This document shows, piece after piece, positions 41,697 to 52,669 of a stretch of DNA of 64,000 nucleotides. Position numbers and translations under genes: made by a program. The notes beneath the pieces were generated by a model. That model was given only the letters and a program-made list of their open reading frames with translations. It was not told where the DNA came from and searched no databases. The DNA is from Prasinococcaceae sp. CCMP 1430 (taxonomy: Eukaryota; Plantae; Prasinodermophyta). The DNA is taken from the NCBI GenBank assembly GCA_013416795.1, contig RQSC01000016.1, forward strand, positions 29,757 to 93,756, written 5' to 3'. Position 1 is the stretch's first letter; each line of letters opens with the position of its first letter.

Positions 41697-43847
41697 ATGG
41701 CGGCGGCGCGCATCGCCGCCGCGAAGCAGGAGAAGGCGCTCAAAGCGATCGCGACGCTGCCCGCGAACCGCCGGTGCTTCGTCACAGGGCATCTCGGCGC
41801 GCAGTACGTTGACACGACGCACAACGTGCTCGTGAGCACCGATGCGGCCGGCGTGATGCGCGAGTTCGGCTGGCGCACGAAGAGTCTCTCGATGGCCAAA
41901 TTCAGCGCCGAGGAGGTGAAGGCGCTCAAGGCTGGCGGCAATGAGAAGGGCGCGCAGAGGTGGCTCGCCACTTGGGAGCAAAACCGCTTCCCCAGGCCCC
42001 CACCAGGGAACCTTCGCCGCATCCGCGAGTGGGTATCAGCCGTCCTCAAGGATGGGCGCTTTGAGGACACATCGGGTGGCACGGCCGGGGCCGGCGCGGG
42101 TGTCGCTAGCGCGGGCGGATTTGGTGCCTTCGGCGCCCCGCCCGCGAGCGGCGCGGGAAGGAGCGCTGCCCCCACCCCAGCGCCGGGGGGGCCCCGGCAG
42201 GTGCAGGACGTCTCCCAGCAGCAGCGGCAGCAACAGGCCAGTGACCCGTTCGCGAGCGGAGCAAGTGGTGGCTGGGCGGACTTTGGCAGCGATGTGCCAC
42301 GTCAGGCGCCTGCTCCGTCAGCGTCGACTGCCTCCATCGCCGGCAGTCTCGCATCCCAGGACCTAGCCGGATTCGGAGGCGGGCCGTCAGCTGCGGAGTG
42401 GTCGGCATTTGGTGATGCCCCTGCCCCCGCCGCGCCGGCCGCCCGAGCGGCGTCAGCAGCGCCTGCCAAGCCCGGAGCAAGTGCTGGGGCGTGGGATGCT
42501 TTTGGGAACAGCGCGCCCGCTGCGGCGTCAGGCGGCTTCGGCACGTTCGGGGACGCTCCCGCTGCCGCAGCCCCTGCGGCCCCAGCCGCCCCTGGTGAGT
42601 GGAATCCTTTCGGGGATGCGCCGGGCGCACAACCTGCTCGGGCACAGGAGGCATCCGCGGGGCCATCGGAGAAGGACCCATTTAAGACTGCCGATGACGC
42701 CTTCGGCGGCTTCGGCGGCGCTGTGGGTGCCCCCCCTTCAGGTGACGCCTTTAGTGCATTCGATGCCACCATCGCGGGTGCATCGGGCGCCAGCTCTTCC
42801 CAAGGCTCCCTTGCTGCGACAAGCCAAGCCAAGGTCGACCCATTCGCCCATGCGGAGCCTGCGCCGCAAGAAGAGAGCAAGCCTGTCGCTGCGCCCGCGT
42901 CGCGTGCGATGCTCAGCGAAGATCTGTTTAGCGCCCCGGCGTCCGCGGTTGTGCCTGATGTGTCAAGCACTGGAGGTGCCAGCCAAGCGATGCCGACAAA
43001 TCCGTTTGGCGGGTCTGAGGCCGCCGGACGGGCGACGGGGCCGCAGGGTGTTGGTGTACCCACGCCTCAGCAGCAGCAGCAGGGATTTCCGGGCCAGATG
43101 CCACCGCAACAGCAGCAACAGCATGGCTTCCCTGGCCAGATGCCCCTGCCACAGCAGCCTCAGGGCTTCCCTGGCCAGATGCCGGCGCAGCAGCAGCCCC
43201 AGGGCTTCCCCGGCCAGATGCCACCACAGCAGAAGCCCCAGGGCTATCCTGGTCAGATGCCATACCAGCAGCAGCCCCAGGGCTACCCCGGCCAGATGCC
43301 ACCGCAGCAGCAACCTCAGGGCTATCCTGGCCAGATGCCATACCAGCAGCCGCAGGGCTATCCTGGCCAGATGCCATACCAGCAGCAGCCCCAGGGCTAT
43401 CCTGGCCAGATGCCACCACAGCAGCAGCCTCAGGGCTTCCCTGGCCAGATGCCATACCAGCAGCTGCAGCCTCAGGGCTTCCCTGGCCAGATGCCACAGC
43501 AGCAACAGCAGGGGCTGGTGGCGAATGGCCTCGCGGGCGCAGGACAGCAACCTCAGCAGCAGCCGACGCCGTCGCCGGCTGAGCCAGAGGACCCCCCGGC
43601 GCCCGACTTCTTCGCTGACTTAAACCCCTCAGGGCTATCAAGAACTGCTGGGGTCGCATTCATCAAAGACTCGGCGCCTGCTGCTCCTGCAGCACCTTTG
43701 CCGACACCCGCTCCGGCGATGGCAGCAGCGAGCCCGCTCGACAGCTTTGGTGCAGGCCTCGGTGGAGCGCTCCCACCTGCCGTTCCGCCGGCCCGCACCA
43801 ACGGCGGCGCCCCACCCGCCAAGGCGAGCACGAACCCATTCGCCTAG
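41697..43847 (+). CDS. ArfGAP-domain protein (AGFG/AGD14-like) with FG/DPF low-complexity region and Gln-rich repeats
   Basis: ANRRCF…GVMREFGWRTKSLSMAKFSAEEVKALKAGGNE aligns with the AGFG-type ArfGAP domain; multiple FG, DPF and NPF motifs; ends NPFA*. Confidence 0.85.
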   Translation: MAAARIAAAKQEKALKAIATLPANRRCFVTGHLGAQYVDTTHNVLVSTDAAGVMREFGWRTKSLSMAKFSAEEVKALKAGGNEKGAQRWLATWEQNRFPRPPPGNLRRIREWVSAVLKDGRFEDTSGGTAGAGAGVASAGGFGAFGAPPASGAGRSAAPTPAPGGPRQVQDVSQQQRQQQASDPFASGASGGWADFGSDVPRQAPAPSASTASIAGSLASQDLAGFGGGPSAAEWSAFGDAPAPAAPAARAASAAPAKPGASAGAWDAFGNSAPAAASGGFGTFGDAPAAAAPAAPAAPGEWNPFGDAPGAQPARAQEASAGPSEKDPFKTADDAFGGFGGAVGAPPSGDAFSAFDATIAGASGASSSQGSLAATSQAKVDPFAHAEPAPQEESKPVAAPASRAMLSEDLFSAPASAVVPDVSSTGGASQAMPTNPFGGSEAAGRATGPQGVGVPTPQQQQQGFPGQMPPQQQQQHGFPGQMPLPQQPQGFPGQMPAQQQPQGFPGQMPPQQKPQGYPGQMPYQQQPQGYPGQMPPQQQPQGYPGQMPYQQPQGYPGQMPYQQQPQGYPGQMPPQQQPQGFPGQMPYQQLQPQGFPGQMPQQQQQGLVANGLAGAGQQPQQQPTPSPAEPEDPPAPDFFADLNPSGLSRTAGVAFIKDSAPAAPAAPLPTPAPAMAAASPLDSFGAGLGGALPPAVPPARTNGGAPPAKASTNPFA
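43081..43510 (+). repeat. Coding tandem repeat, 11 x ~39 bp: QG[FY]PGQMP[PYAL]QQQP
   Basis: Eleven G[FY]PGQMP units counted in the translation. Confidence 0.9.
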
Positions 43848-44055
43848 CGCGCGCGACCGCCAGTTTGCGACACGTCGAGATGATTTTATGAGAGTAAACG
43901 GGCGCATTGTGAAAGCTGTGGTCACGTGCCTGTACTTTGGGCGCTGGCCCACTGCGCGCGCGCGCGCGTGTGTGAGAGAGAGAAGATGGCACTGAATCAG
44001 CTGAGCGTCTGCGAACGGCAGCAATGCCGGTGGCGCACGGCGCGCGGGCGCTTTG

Positions 44056-44914
44056 TCAGTCACTCACATACTCACTAGTCGCCTTGGCCATTGCCGCTAG
44101 CGCAGCCTCGTGCTCGAGGAAGCCGTTGAAGAGGAAGGCGTCGCGCGCGTTGCGCATGGTCACGAGCACACAGCGGGCGGCGGCCTCGCTCTGCGTTTCG
44201 CTCGTCGCCTGAACAGCGGGTGACACCGCTGCTACGTCCGACAAAGGTAACCTCATGAGCAGCAAGCCGCCGCTTCGTCGCTGCGGGACATCGCTCGCAA
44301 AGCAGAGCGCCGCGCGCGACAGGTAGAGCACCCCGGCGACGAGCTGTGCAGCGGGTCCAGTGCCGATCACGTAGTGGCAGCCGAAGCTGCGGGTGCGGAC
44401 GCCACCGCGTGTCAGCTATGCGGGCTGCGCATGGCGAGGCGGCCCCGGCAACCAATAGGCAAGCTCGTGGCGACCGCGGGCGCGTACGCAACTGGTCGAT
44501 GAGTTTGTCTCCCGGCAGGCTGCCCGCGAAGCACTTCTTCCAACGCCCACTCGGCCCGCCACTAGCCACAGTGTCAGCAGCGCACACGGCCTTGCCCTTC
44601 ATGGCATCCACGGTGCTTCGAAGGTCACCCGCAGCTGTGAGGTGGCCTGTGTGAACATGGCAACATCCGCGCGAGGACACGAGCGCGCGGTGTGCGCGCG
44701 TCAGAGTGCGCGTCGCGGCCTTGCGGGCATCGGCTTGCGCCCTGCGCTGATCGAACTCACCGAGCAGCTTGTTGGTTTTCCTCCCGACCGCCGCCACGGC
44801 TGTGCCGACAGCCGAGGCCGCGCGGTCAGCCGCGCGGCTCACCGCGCTCGGCGGCGCGGCCGCCGCTGGTGCCGAGTGCCACACGTATGGCTGTGTCTGC
44901 GCAATGGGAGCCAT
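44056..44914 (-). CDS. GRAM-domain protein (GEM-like); at least one intron
   Basis: WKKCF…GDKLID|FGCHY…GP…VAGVLYLSRAALCFASD…LPLSDVAAV…FLFNGF. Confidence 0.65.
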
Positions 44915-45443
44915 GGGTTGCCCCACCGGCGGAGCTGCGTTGGGCTGCGAATGGCGCGCGACGGCGGTGTTAGCCCTCAGCTCAGCCCTACACACGCACA
45001 GGCGCGGCGCGCTGGCGGGCGAGCACGCACATGCGGCCGCATGCCGCGCGCCCGCCGCCGCTGTCGCGGCGGCGGCGCGCGCGTGTGGCACCCGCGTCCG
45101 TCCGCAGCGAGGCACGCTCGGAGAACAGCCGTAAAGAAATGTCGAAAGGATATTCGGATTTGCGTCTAAACCAGCGGCGAGCCGTTGCAAACATTTGAAC
45201 TCCGTCAGTTTCGATCAGCCAGCGCCAGCGTGGCGCGAACATGTGTGGTAGCGTGCGGAGGCGCCCATAGCCCGCCACACGGCGCGCGCCGCGGCCCGGC
45301 GCTCAGCGCCCGGGGGACGGCGGTCCGGAGCCCCCCCCCCCGCAGCCCCTCCCGCCCCACCGCCCTTCACCGTCCACCCCACTCGCGCTTGTGCCGGCGC
45401 TCCGCCGTGTGTGCCTGGGAGTGCGCGCGGGCGCCGCCACGCC

Positions 45444-46880
45444 ATGTCGGTGACTTCGGATCCGACGAGCGAGCATCACTCCCGCCAGCGCATGCAGGGC
45501 AGCACCAGCGGGGGTCATGCGCGGGCATCTACGCCGTCGGTGTATGGCCCGACGGCCGGCGCGCCGCTGCACCCTGCACTCGCCGCGCAGCACGCGGCTG
45601 CCGCCACATCGTACCGCTCGCGCCGCAAGAAGAAAAAGTCGAGCCGGAGGAACCCGTGGGGGCCCAAGCGCAACGAAGGCGCGCGCAGGGAGGTGTCAGC
45701 GCCCACCTATGCCGCGCCGCCCGGGCTGCATTCCAGCCCGGCGTCGGCTGCAGGCGTGGCACACGTCGCGCACACACCCGCACACACAGCTACACACACA
45801 CCACCGGCACACACCACACACGCAAACACACACCCGCACGCGCGAGCACCAACGCATGCCGCGCCTGCAGCACCCGCGAGGGTGCCTGTCGACATGGAGA
45901 CGTACTCGCAGAGGCTGGATGCTGTGGCAAACCCTCGGAAAGGCCGGCTCGCTCGCCTGCGCGACAAGATGAAGAGGATGCTCGTGCGAGGCAAGGGCGA
46001 GCACAAGGGCTACGACGGAGCTGGCAACGATGCTGCTGACATCGAGCTCAAGGGCGAGGTGGAGCGGGCACACACGCGCGGCTACCTGATGCCGTATTTG
46101 ACTTCCCTTACAGAGCTTGCCGCTCGGACAGCTGCACAGGAGGGCGCGAGCGGGTCAGCCGAGCGCCAAGCACGCGTCGCAGCGGCGTACGCTGAGCGTC
46201 GGGGCTTCCTTCCACAAAGCGTCGCGTTGCAGGCGCTTGCGGGTCTTGATGCGCACGGCCGCCCATTGCCCGCGGCGGGGGTCGGCAGCCGCGCAGCCAG
46301 CTCTGTGCCGACGTGCTCAACGTACGGCTCACGGTATGCTCCGGCGGTGCCGGTCACCGTCGCGCCGGCTGACGAGGGCGCACACACGCAAAAGCCGGGG
46401 GCATCGCCCGCGCCCGGCGTCACCGCGGCTCGCCCAACAGGCGCTGGCCCGTCTGCACTCTCACTTGGCTACACGGATAGCGAGGGTGGTGACACAGACG
46501 ATGACAGCGACTCACGTACGGACACCAGCTCCGATGTCGACTCCGATGCCAACCTTCAGTGGGGAAGTGGGAGCGCACGACCGAGCGGCTTCGGCGGAAG
46601 CGCCATCGGTGGGCGCACGATCGCCACGGAGCTCTCGTCCGATTCAGACGACTCATCGAGCGCGACGGACAGTGACGAGAACGGCCAAGTGTTTCCGCCA
46701 TTGCCGCGTCGCGCGCGCAAAGCTGGTGCTGCTGATGGCCCGCGAGGAGGCCATCCGACTATCGACCTGGATATAACGACCGATGAGAGTGGCTGCACCA
46801 GCAGTGACGATTCAGATAGCGGCGTGTCAGTGTCGTCCTCCCTCGACGGCGTGAGGGTCCCACTGCCCAGGCGAACGTGA
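45444..46880 (+). CDS. Hypothetical low-complexity protein (Ser/Asp-rich C-terminus, basic NLS-like RSRRKKKKSSRR); may contain an intron at ~45700-45880
   Basis: Long ORF with coding-like composition; no recognisable domain. Confidence 0.45.
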   Translation: MSVTSDPTSEHHSRQRMQGSTSGGHARASTPSVYGPTAGAPLHPALAAQHAAAATSYRSRRKKKKSSRRNPWGPKRNEGARREVSAPTYAAPPGLHSSPASAAGVAHVAHTPAHTATHTPPAHTTHANTHPHARAPTHAAPAAPARVPVDMETYSQRLDAVANPRKGRLARLRDKMKRMLVRGKGEHKGYDGAGNDAADIELKGEVERAHTRGYLMPYLTSLTELAARTAAQEGASGSAERQARVAAAYAERRGFLPQSVALQALAGLDAHGRPLPAAGVGSRAASSVPTCSTYGSRYAPAVPVTVAPADEGAHTQKPGASPAPGVTAARPTGAGPSALSLGYTDSEGGDTDDDSDSRTDTSSDVDSDANLQWGSGSARPSGFGGSAIGGRTIATELSSDSDDSSSATDSDENGQVFPPLPRRARKAGAADGPRGGHPTIDLDITTDESGCTSSDDSDSGVSVSSSLDGVRVPLPRRT

Positions 46881-47405
46881 CTGCCATTAATCACATTAAT
46901 ATCACGTCTTTTGCGAGCACGCCAAAGCGCGACCCTCCTTGTTTCGGCCGAGACTCCCGCTGCCACCTCTCGTCACTCGGCAACCACTCCGCAAGTGCAT
47001 CTGGGCCATCAGAAGAGGCGCGAGTGCGACATTGGCGGTGTGCGCATCCGCCACGACACAGCACGGCGCGCGCTGCCCTCGTGTGAGTTGTGGGACGTCA
47101 ACGACCCCGCGGGGGGGTGTACAGCGGGGCGACGCCCATGGGCGTACGCAGACGAGGGCGTGCCTGCCGCGTCGTGTCGCGAGCCTGTTTGTGCCGACCG
47201 ACCCGCGCGCGTACCCGACCCCGCGCGCGGCGCGGGTGCGGGAGGCGCTGCCAGCGCACTCGCGCTGCCTCGCGCCTCATCGGGCCTGGCCCAGTTCGTG
47301 CCCTTGCCACTGCGCAATTCAACACAAGATGCGTGGCACACGCATGAGCGCAGAGACGACGGTGCGTGCGTCAGTTTCACGCGCGGACACGCGCGCCGAT
47401 GCACG

Positions 47406-50400
47406 TCACGCGCGTGGCCATGCGCGTGAGGCTGACGGTCGGGCGCGCAGCACGCACGTGTCATCCGGTTGCGCCCATGGCGTGTCTGTCGTCCCCTTCG
47501 CGCGCGCGGCCTTCTCCTCTCTTCGTTGTCGCGCTGAGTTCGTTAGGCGCCACTGAAACACCGCACGATCCTTGCCACCGACTGAGACCGCGTGCGCGCC
47601 GTCTGGGGACCATCGCACACTGGTGACGTGGCTGCTGTGGCCCCTGAAAATTTTGCTCGGTGCCTGGCCAACCACACACGGGTAGTTGAGCAGCCGCACG
47701 CGGCTCGAGTCGTCCGACGTGAGCACATACTTGCCGTCGGGCGACCTGTCCAATGCATTCAGATCGGAGCCGGAGCTCGCGCCGTCGCCGTACACGCCCA
47801 TCACGTCGAATCCTAGCAGCGTCGTGCGGGTGGCCCACTCCATGTCTCGCATGGTAGTCGTCATCTGAATGCCGGTGGCTGCCTCGAAGACGAGCAGCTC
47901 GTATCCGTTGCACTGCGTGCGAATGTAGCGAGAGTCGACGGACCAGTCGACGTGTGACACTGTGCTCGAGTGGCCCTTGCAGCGTGCCACGCGCGTGTAC
48001 TCGCACAGCTCGCCTTTCATCACCACGGCCAGGATATCCACGCACGTATCGTGCGAGCCAGCCGCCAGGTACTTTCCGTCCGGCGAGTACTTGAGCTCAC
48101 CCACGGCCGACTTGAAAGTCTTGGCCCACGCCAGCGGTCTGAGCGTCGACGCGTCGAGCACTCGCACGCCGCCTGTTTGAGTGCCAACCGCCAGGTGCGC
48201 ACCGTTGGGGCTCCAAGCGATCGAGCGGCAGGGCTCGCCAACGGACGCCGTGCGCTTGACACAGCGCTCGGCCGTGTCCCACACGAACACGCGCGCAGCG
48301 TCTGCAACGGTGGCAAAACGCGTGGGCCGCGCGGGGTTGAAGCATACCGCGTACAGGTCGGCCATGTGGCCATGGACAACGATGCGAGGCGCAAACTTCG
48401 GCTTGTTCCCGGCATCGACCTCCCAGATGTCGCACTTGTTTGTCCCACAGATGAACGTGCTCGACCCCGGCCTTGAATCGAGTGCGCGGAAGCCGGGGGG
48501 CGCCTCGGACGCGTACGCGCTCTCGAGCGCCACCTTGGCCACCAAACTGCCCAGCTTGGTGCTCGTGGGCGTGTCCCACTCGGTGATGTCCCACAGCTTT
48601 ATGGTGCCGCCCGCGCCTGCCGACAGCAGCACGCGCCCGTCCGCGCGCAGCTTAATGCAACGCACGGGCCCCTTGTCCGCGTGTGAGTCAAAGAGGGCCA
48701 CCAGCTCGTGGCCGCGCCACAACATGAGCGTGCCCTTGGGCCCGCCGGCGACGATGCGCCCGCTCGGGAGGAACTCGGCGCAGAAGCACGTGCAGGGGGA
48801 GGTCTGCGCTGCGTACGAGCCGATCTTTGCCACGTACGTACCCGTCGCCGCATCACGCTGCCAGAGCTTGAGGTGCTTGACGCCGAACGTGACGAACTCC
48901 TCCTTGCCGCTCTCGGCAAACTGGTTGAACTTGACGCCGTACACTGCTGGCGGCACGCCGTTCTTGCCTAGGCCCTCCTGCAGCAGCTCGCCCTTCATCC
49001 AGTCCCACACATGCACGGTATGGCGGTTGTCCATGCCGATGCTCACGAGCTCGCGCCCGTCCGGCGAGAAGGCGAGCGCGGCGATGCCGCGCACGCCGGG
49101 TTCATGCTCGAGCTCGATCATCTGTGCGCAGTCCTCGCTGTCCCAGACGCACACCGTCGGCGACTTGCCCAGCTGGCCGGTCGCCACCACCGACCTATTC
49201 GGATGCAGCGCGAGCGAGCGAATGTCGTCTGTGTGGCCGCGGAAGAAGCGCTGTGTGCGCGACGCGCCGTCGTACACCACGCCCACGCCGGCGGTGTAGT
49301 ACACGATCTCGTTCTCCCTGCGTGTAAAGAAGAGGTTGGGGGCGGTGTTGTGCAGGCCGCTGTAACCGTGCACGAACTCGAGCTCCAGGTCAACGTCGGG
49401 GCGGCGCGCGCTGCGCTGCGCCATGGCGGGCTCGAACCAGCTCGGCGCAAAAACGCCCGTCTTGCAGGGTGCGTAGATGATCTTCTGCTCGAAGTTGCCC
49501 GGCAGCGCCTTAGGGTCGTACGGGCCGCGCACGACGCCGTTGAGGCTGGCAAGCTTGGCGCCGCCCGCGCACACCGCGTTCATCAATACGCTCGCCGGGC
49601 AAAGCCCCTCAGCGGTCGTGCCGAGCGACGCCATCACTGCGCTCGCCTCGCCAACGGTGCACTTGGCGCCCAGCGCCGCGAAGAGCACCGTGACCTGCTC
49701 GATGCTCAGTGCGTCGCCCGCGCGCACGCCGATGCCCGCGCCCGAAGCCGCGCGGATGAGCGCGGCCTTGATGGGAGTCACGGCGCCGGCCGCGCCTAGT
49801 CCGCCCGGCGACATCTTGGGCATGCGGCACGCGCCATCCTGCACGCGACGGCGCGCAGCGAGCGCCGCACGGATGTCATCGAGCACTACGTCGGCAGGGC
49901 GGCCCGGTGGATGCGCGCTGCCGAAGGTCGACCCGCTGCTGCCTGCGACCCCACCGCGACCACCGCCGGCGCTGCTGCCGCGGCTGTCTTGAGCCACCGA
50001 GCCAGGCCGCCCACCCTGACCTTGGCCGAAGCCCAAGTCCTCCTCGTACGCGTCCTTCGGCCTGCGCCTGCTGCCGCCGCCGCCCGCCGCGCCCACAGCG
50101 CCTGCAGCGCCGGAGGCCCTCTTCGGCGCGGCCGACACGGGTCGCGAGGCGGCCGCCTTGCGTTCGAAGGCACCGTGCGGCTCGCCCCACACTTTTGACT
50201 CCCAGAAAGGCGGGCGGTAGCGGGCGTGCCCCTTGGCGGGCGCCGACGCAAGGGCGGCGGCCGCGCTGCGGGGAGCGAGGGGGTGAGTGGTGCGGGTGTG
50301 TGCGCCGCGTGGCGGCAGGGCATGGGGAGGCGGAGGAGGGACGGGTGGGGATGCGGAGGGGCAAGGCAGCGGTCAGGTCAGCTGATGGCGCGAGGTAAAT

Positions 50401-50499
50401 GAGGCGCACACGCGAGCGTAGGCGCGCTCCGCGCCATCTCGTGCTGCGCGGCAGTACGATGGCTGTGCCCTCGCCCCCCGCGAGCGAGCGAGCGAGCGG

Positions 50500-50549
<50 letters not shown>

Positions 50550-50681
50550 GCGGACGCACCTGTCCGCGACCTCGGCTCCGCGCAGCACACGCCGCCGCTC
50601 GGCGCCCATGAGCGGCGTGAGCGCGCCATCCACGCCCGCACCGTACGCGGGCGGGCCCCGAAAGGGCTCCACCGGCGCCAT
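47406..50681 (-). CDS. EML: Echinoderm microtubule-associated protein-like (HELP + WD40 TAPE domain); exons 50681-50560 and 50265-47406
   Basis: HELP region LELEFVHGYSG…IVYYTAGVGVVYD…FFRGHTDDI; GHSSTVSHVDWS; YPCV…GHSSHVTSVRW. The phase-2 intron (AG|GTGCGT…CCCCGCAG|C) joins in frame. Confidence 0.88.
50501..50546. repeat. (CT)23 microsatellite in EML intron 1
   Basis: Perfect dinucleotide run. Confidence 0.95.
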
Positions 50682-51241
50682 GGCCCGCCCCGCCGTGCAG
50701 CGCGGCGCCTCCCGCGCTCCGCCGCGCTCTCACCGACCGACCGACCATCCCCCCGCACACGCCCGCCCCCGCGCGCGCGGTCGGGGAACGCGGTCGGTCA
50801 AACGCTGCGCTCCGCTCCCCAACGGCAGATTTCGAAAATCGGCTTCGGCGGGAGGACGCGCGGGTTCGGTCGGACGAGTTCTGCTCCTCTCCCTGAGCTC
50901 GCAAGCAAGACACGGAAAAGGGATTCAGGGTAAAACGTGCATTCGGGGTTTGCTTCTGGAGAACGCTCTGACTCGACTCCCGAGCTCCCGAGCTCCGGAA
51001 AAGGGGGTTTAGGGTGAATGTTGAAGTGAGGGTTTAGGTCTGGAGAGTGCGCGGTGCGGTGCAGACTGCCTGTGTGGATCGGCCGGGTGGCCACGCCGCC
51101 GTGGGGCGGGTAGGGGAGCGCCTCGCGAGCGGCCAAGCCCTATCACGGGCGGCGCGCGCGCGCGCGAGCACGCGCGCGCGTCCTCACGCGCGTGCGTGGT
51201 TGCAAAAGCTGGCTGCGCTTACAGCCGCGGCGCGGCGCGCC

Positions 51242-51967
51242 TCACTCCGAGGACGAGTCAGCGGCGTCGGCGGTGGCGTCAGCTGCGTCGGCGGGCACGC
51301 GGTACAGCTTGTCGCCGCCCCTACTCGCACGCGAGTGCGGGTGCGCGCGCAGAAGCGAGAGAGAGGGAGGCAGAGGAGCGGCGAGTGCATGTGTGCGTGT
51401 GCATGTGCGCGCGTGTGCAGGTGTCGCACGCGTGCGTACACGTGTGCGTGTGTGTCAGCTGCATGTCCTTGTCCTGGCACATTCACACGCGCACAGCAGC
51501 GCAACCGTAGGCTCTCTCCCTACCCCCTGCCGCACGCTTGGCGCATGTGCACGTTTCACTGGCGTCTCGCCCAGTCTCTCGCTCCGTTTCACCTCTCGGG
51601 TGCCCGCGCTCGTGCGTGCCCATGCACACGTGCGCGCGCGCGTGAGCGCCTGCGCGCGCGCGCCCGCGCGCAGTTGCACGTACTTCACGAGCGCCATGAA
51701 GTCCTCATAGGGCAGCCCGAGATCCCTCTCCAGCTCCACCTTGCGCGTGTTGGCCGCCGTGATGGTGGTGAAGAGGTACGTCGTCGTGGCGAGCGTCACG
51801 AGCAGCGTGAGAGGGCTGAGCCCGCCTGCAGCGAGCTCGGCGACTGGGCCGGCGTGCGCGCGCGTGCCCACGCGTGCGGCCGCGCGGCGGGGCCGCCGCG
51901 CTGCGGGTGCGGCGGTCACTCCTGCTGTGCGCGCGGCCGCGCGTGGCGCCGACGCCACGAGCGCCAT
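51242..51967 (-). CDS. Small plastid-targeted single-TM hypothetical protein (~120 aa); exons 51967-51684 and 51320-51242
   Basis: Transit-peptide-like MALVASAPRAAAR…VGTRA; TM LSPLTLLVTLATTTYLFTTITAA. Donor AA|GTACGT and acceptor TAG|G join in frame to GGDKLYRVP…SSE*. Confidence 0.65.
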
Positions 51968-52669
51968 CGCCGCAGGTGTTTGTGTGTGGGGGGTCAGGGG
52001 TTGGGTCGGTGGCTGCTGTGGTGGGCGCTTTGCGCCCGCCGCGCGCGCGCCGCCGCGGCAGTGGCGCAGACGCGCACTCCTGCCACACGCACGCGTACGC
52101 GCGCGGGCTTCCTCCCCGCACCTACCCTACCCCATCCCGACCGCGCACACACGCCTTCGACACCCACGCACGCCCACACGCCGCACCCGCACCCACGCCC
52201 ACGCCCCAGCAGGCGCGCACGCACGCACGCACGTACGCGAGAGCGCGTCCGCACGCAATCTTTTGCAGATAAGATTGCTCAGGCTCGCCCCCCAAAGCCC
52301 ATTTCGATTTGACCTCCTTTTCCAAGGCGCCCGTGGGTAATTTACATTAAGTTTCAAACATTGAATCTGTTGGCAATACCGGGACGGGGGGCGAGCCCAG
52401 CGGCCCCGTGGGGCTGGGGCGCGGGGTTGGTGATGACCTGGTATCGCAGCGCAAGGCCGCGTTCCCATCGCAAGGCCGCGTTCCCCGAGAGCGCTCTCGC
52501 GCGCTGCGCGCACACGCGCATGCGGGTGTGTGCGCGTGCGTGCGCCCGCCAGGCCGGCAGTAGCAGAGGTAGAGCCAGTGGCGGCGGCGGCGACGGCGCG
52601 CGTGGGTTCGCGCACGCGGGCGTGGTGGCCACTGGGAGTTCTTCGTGCGCGAGGTCGGAGGAGGCTGCG

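Noticed and set aside
42928-43659. Antisense repetitive ORFs (ASGQGSPE…, WHLARIAL…)
   Set aside because: Shadow frames of the ArfGAP Gln-rich repeat.
46911-47429. Plus-strand ORF between the hypothetical gene and EML
   Set aside because: Starts at TTG, has no motif, and lies in what is probably convergent 3' UTR.
50373-50681. RERERERE-containing ORF
   Set aside because: The RE run is the intronic (AG)23 microsatellite; only 50560-50681 is coding (EML exon 1).
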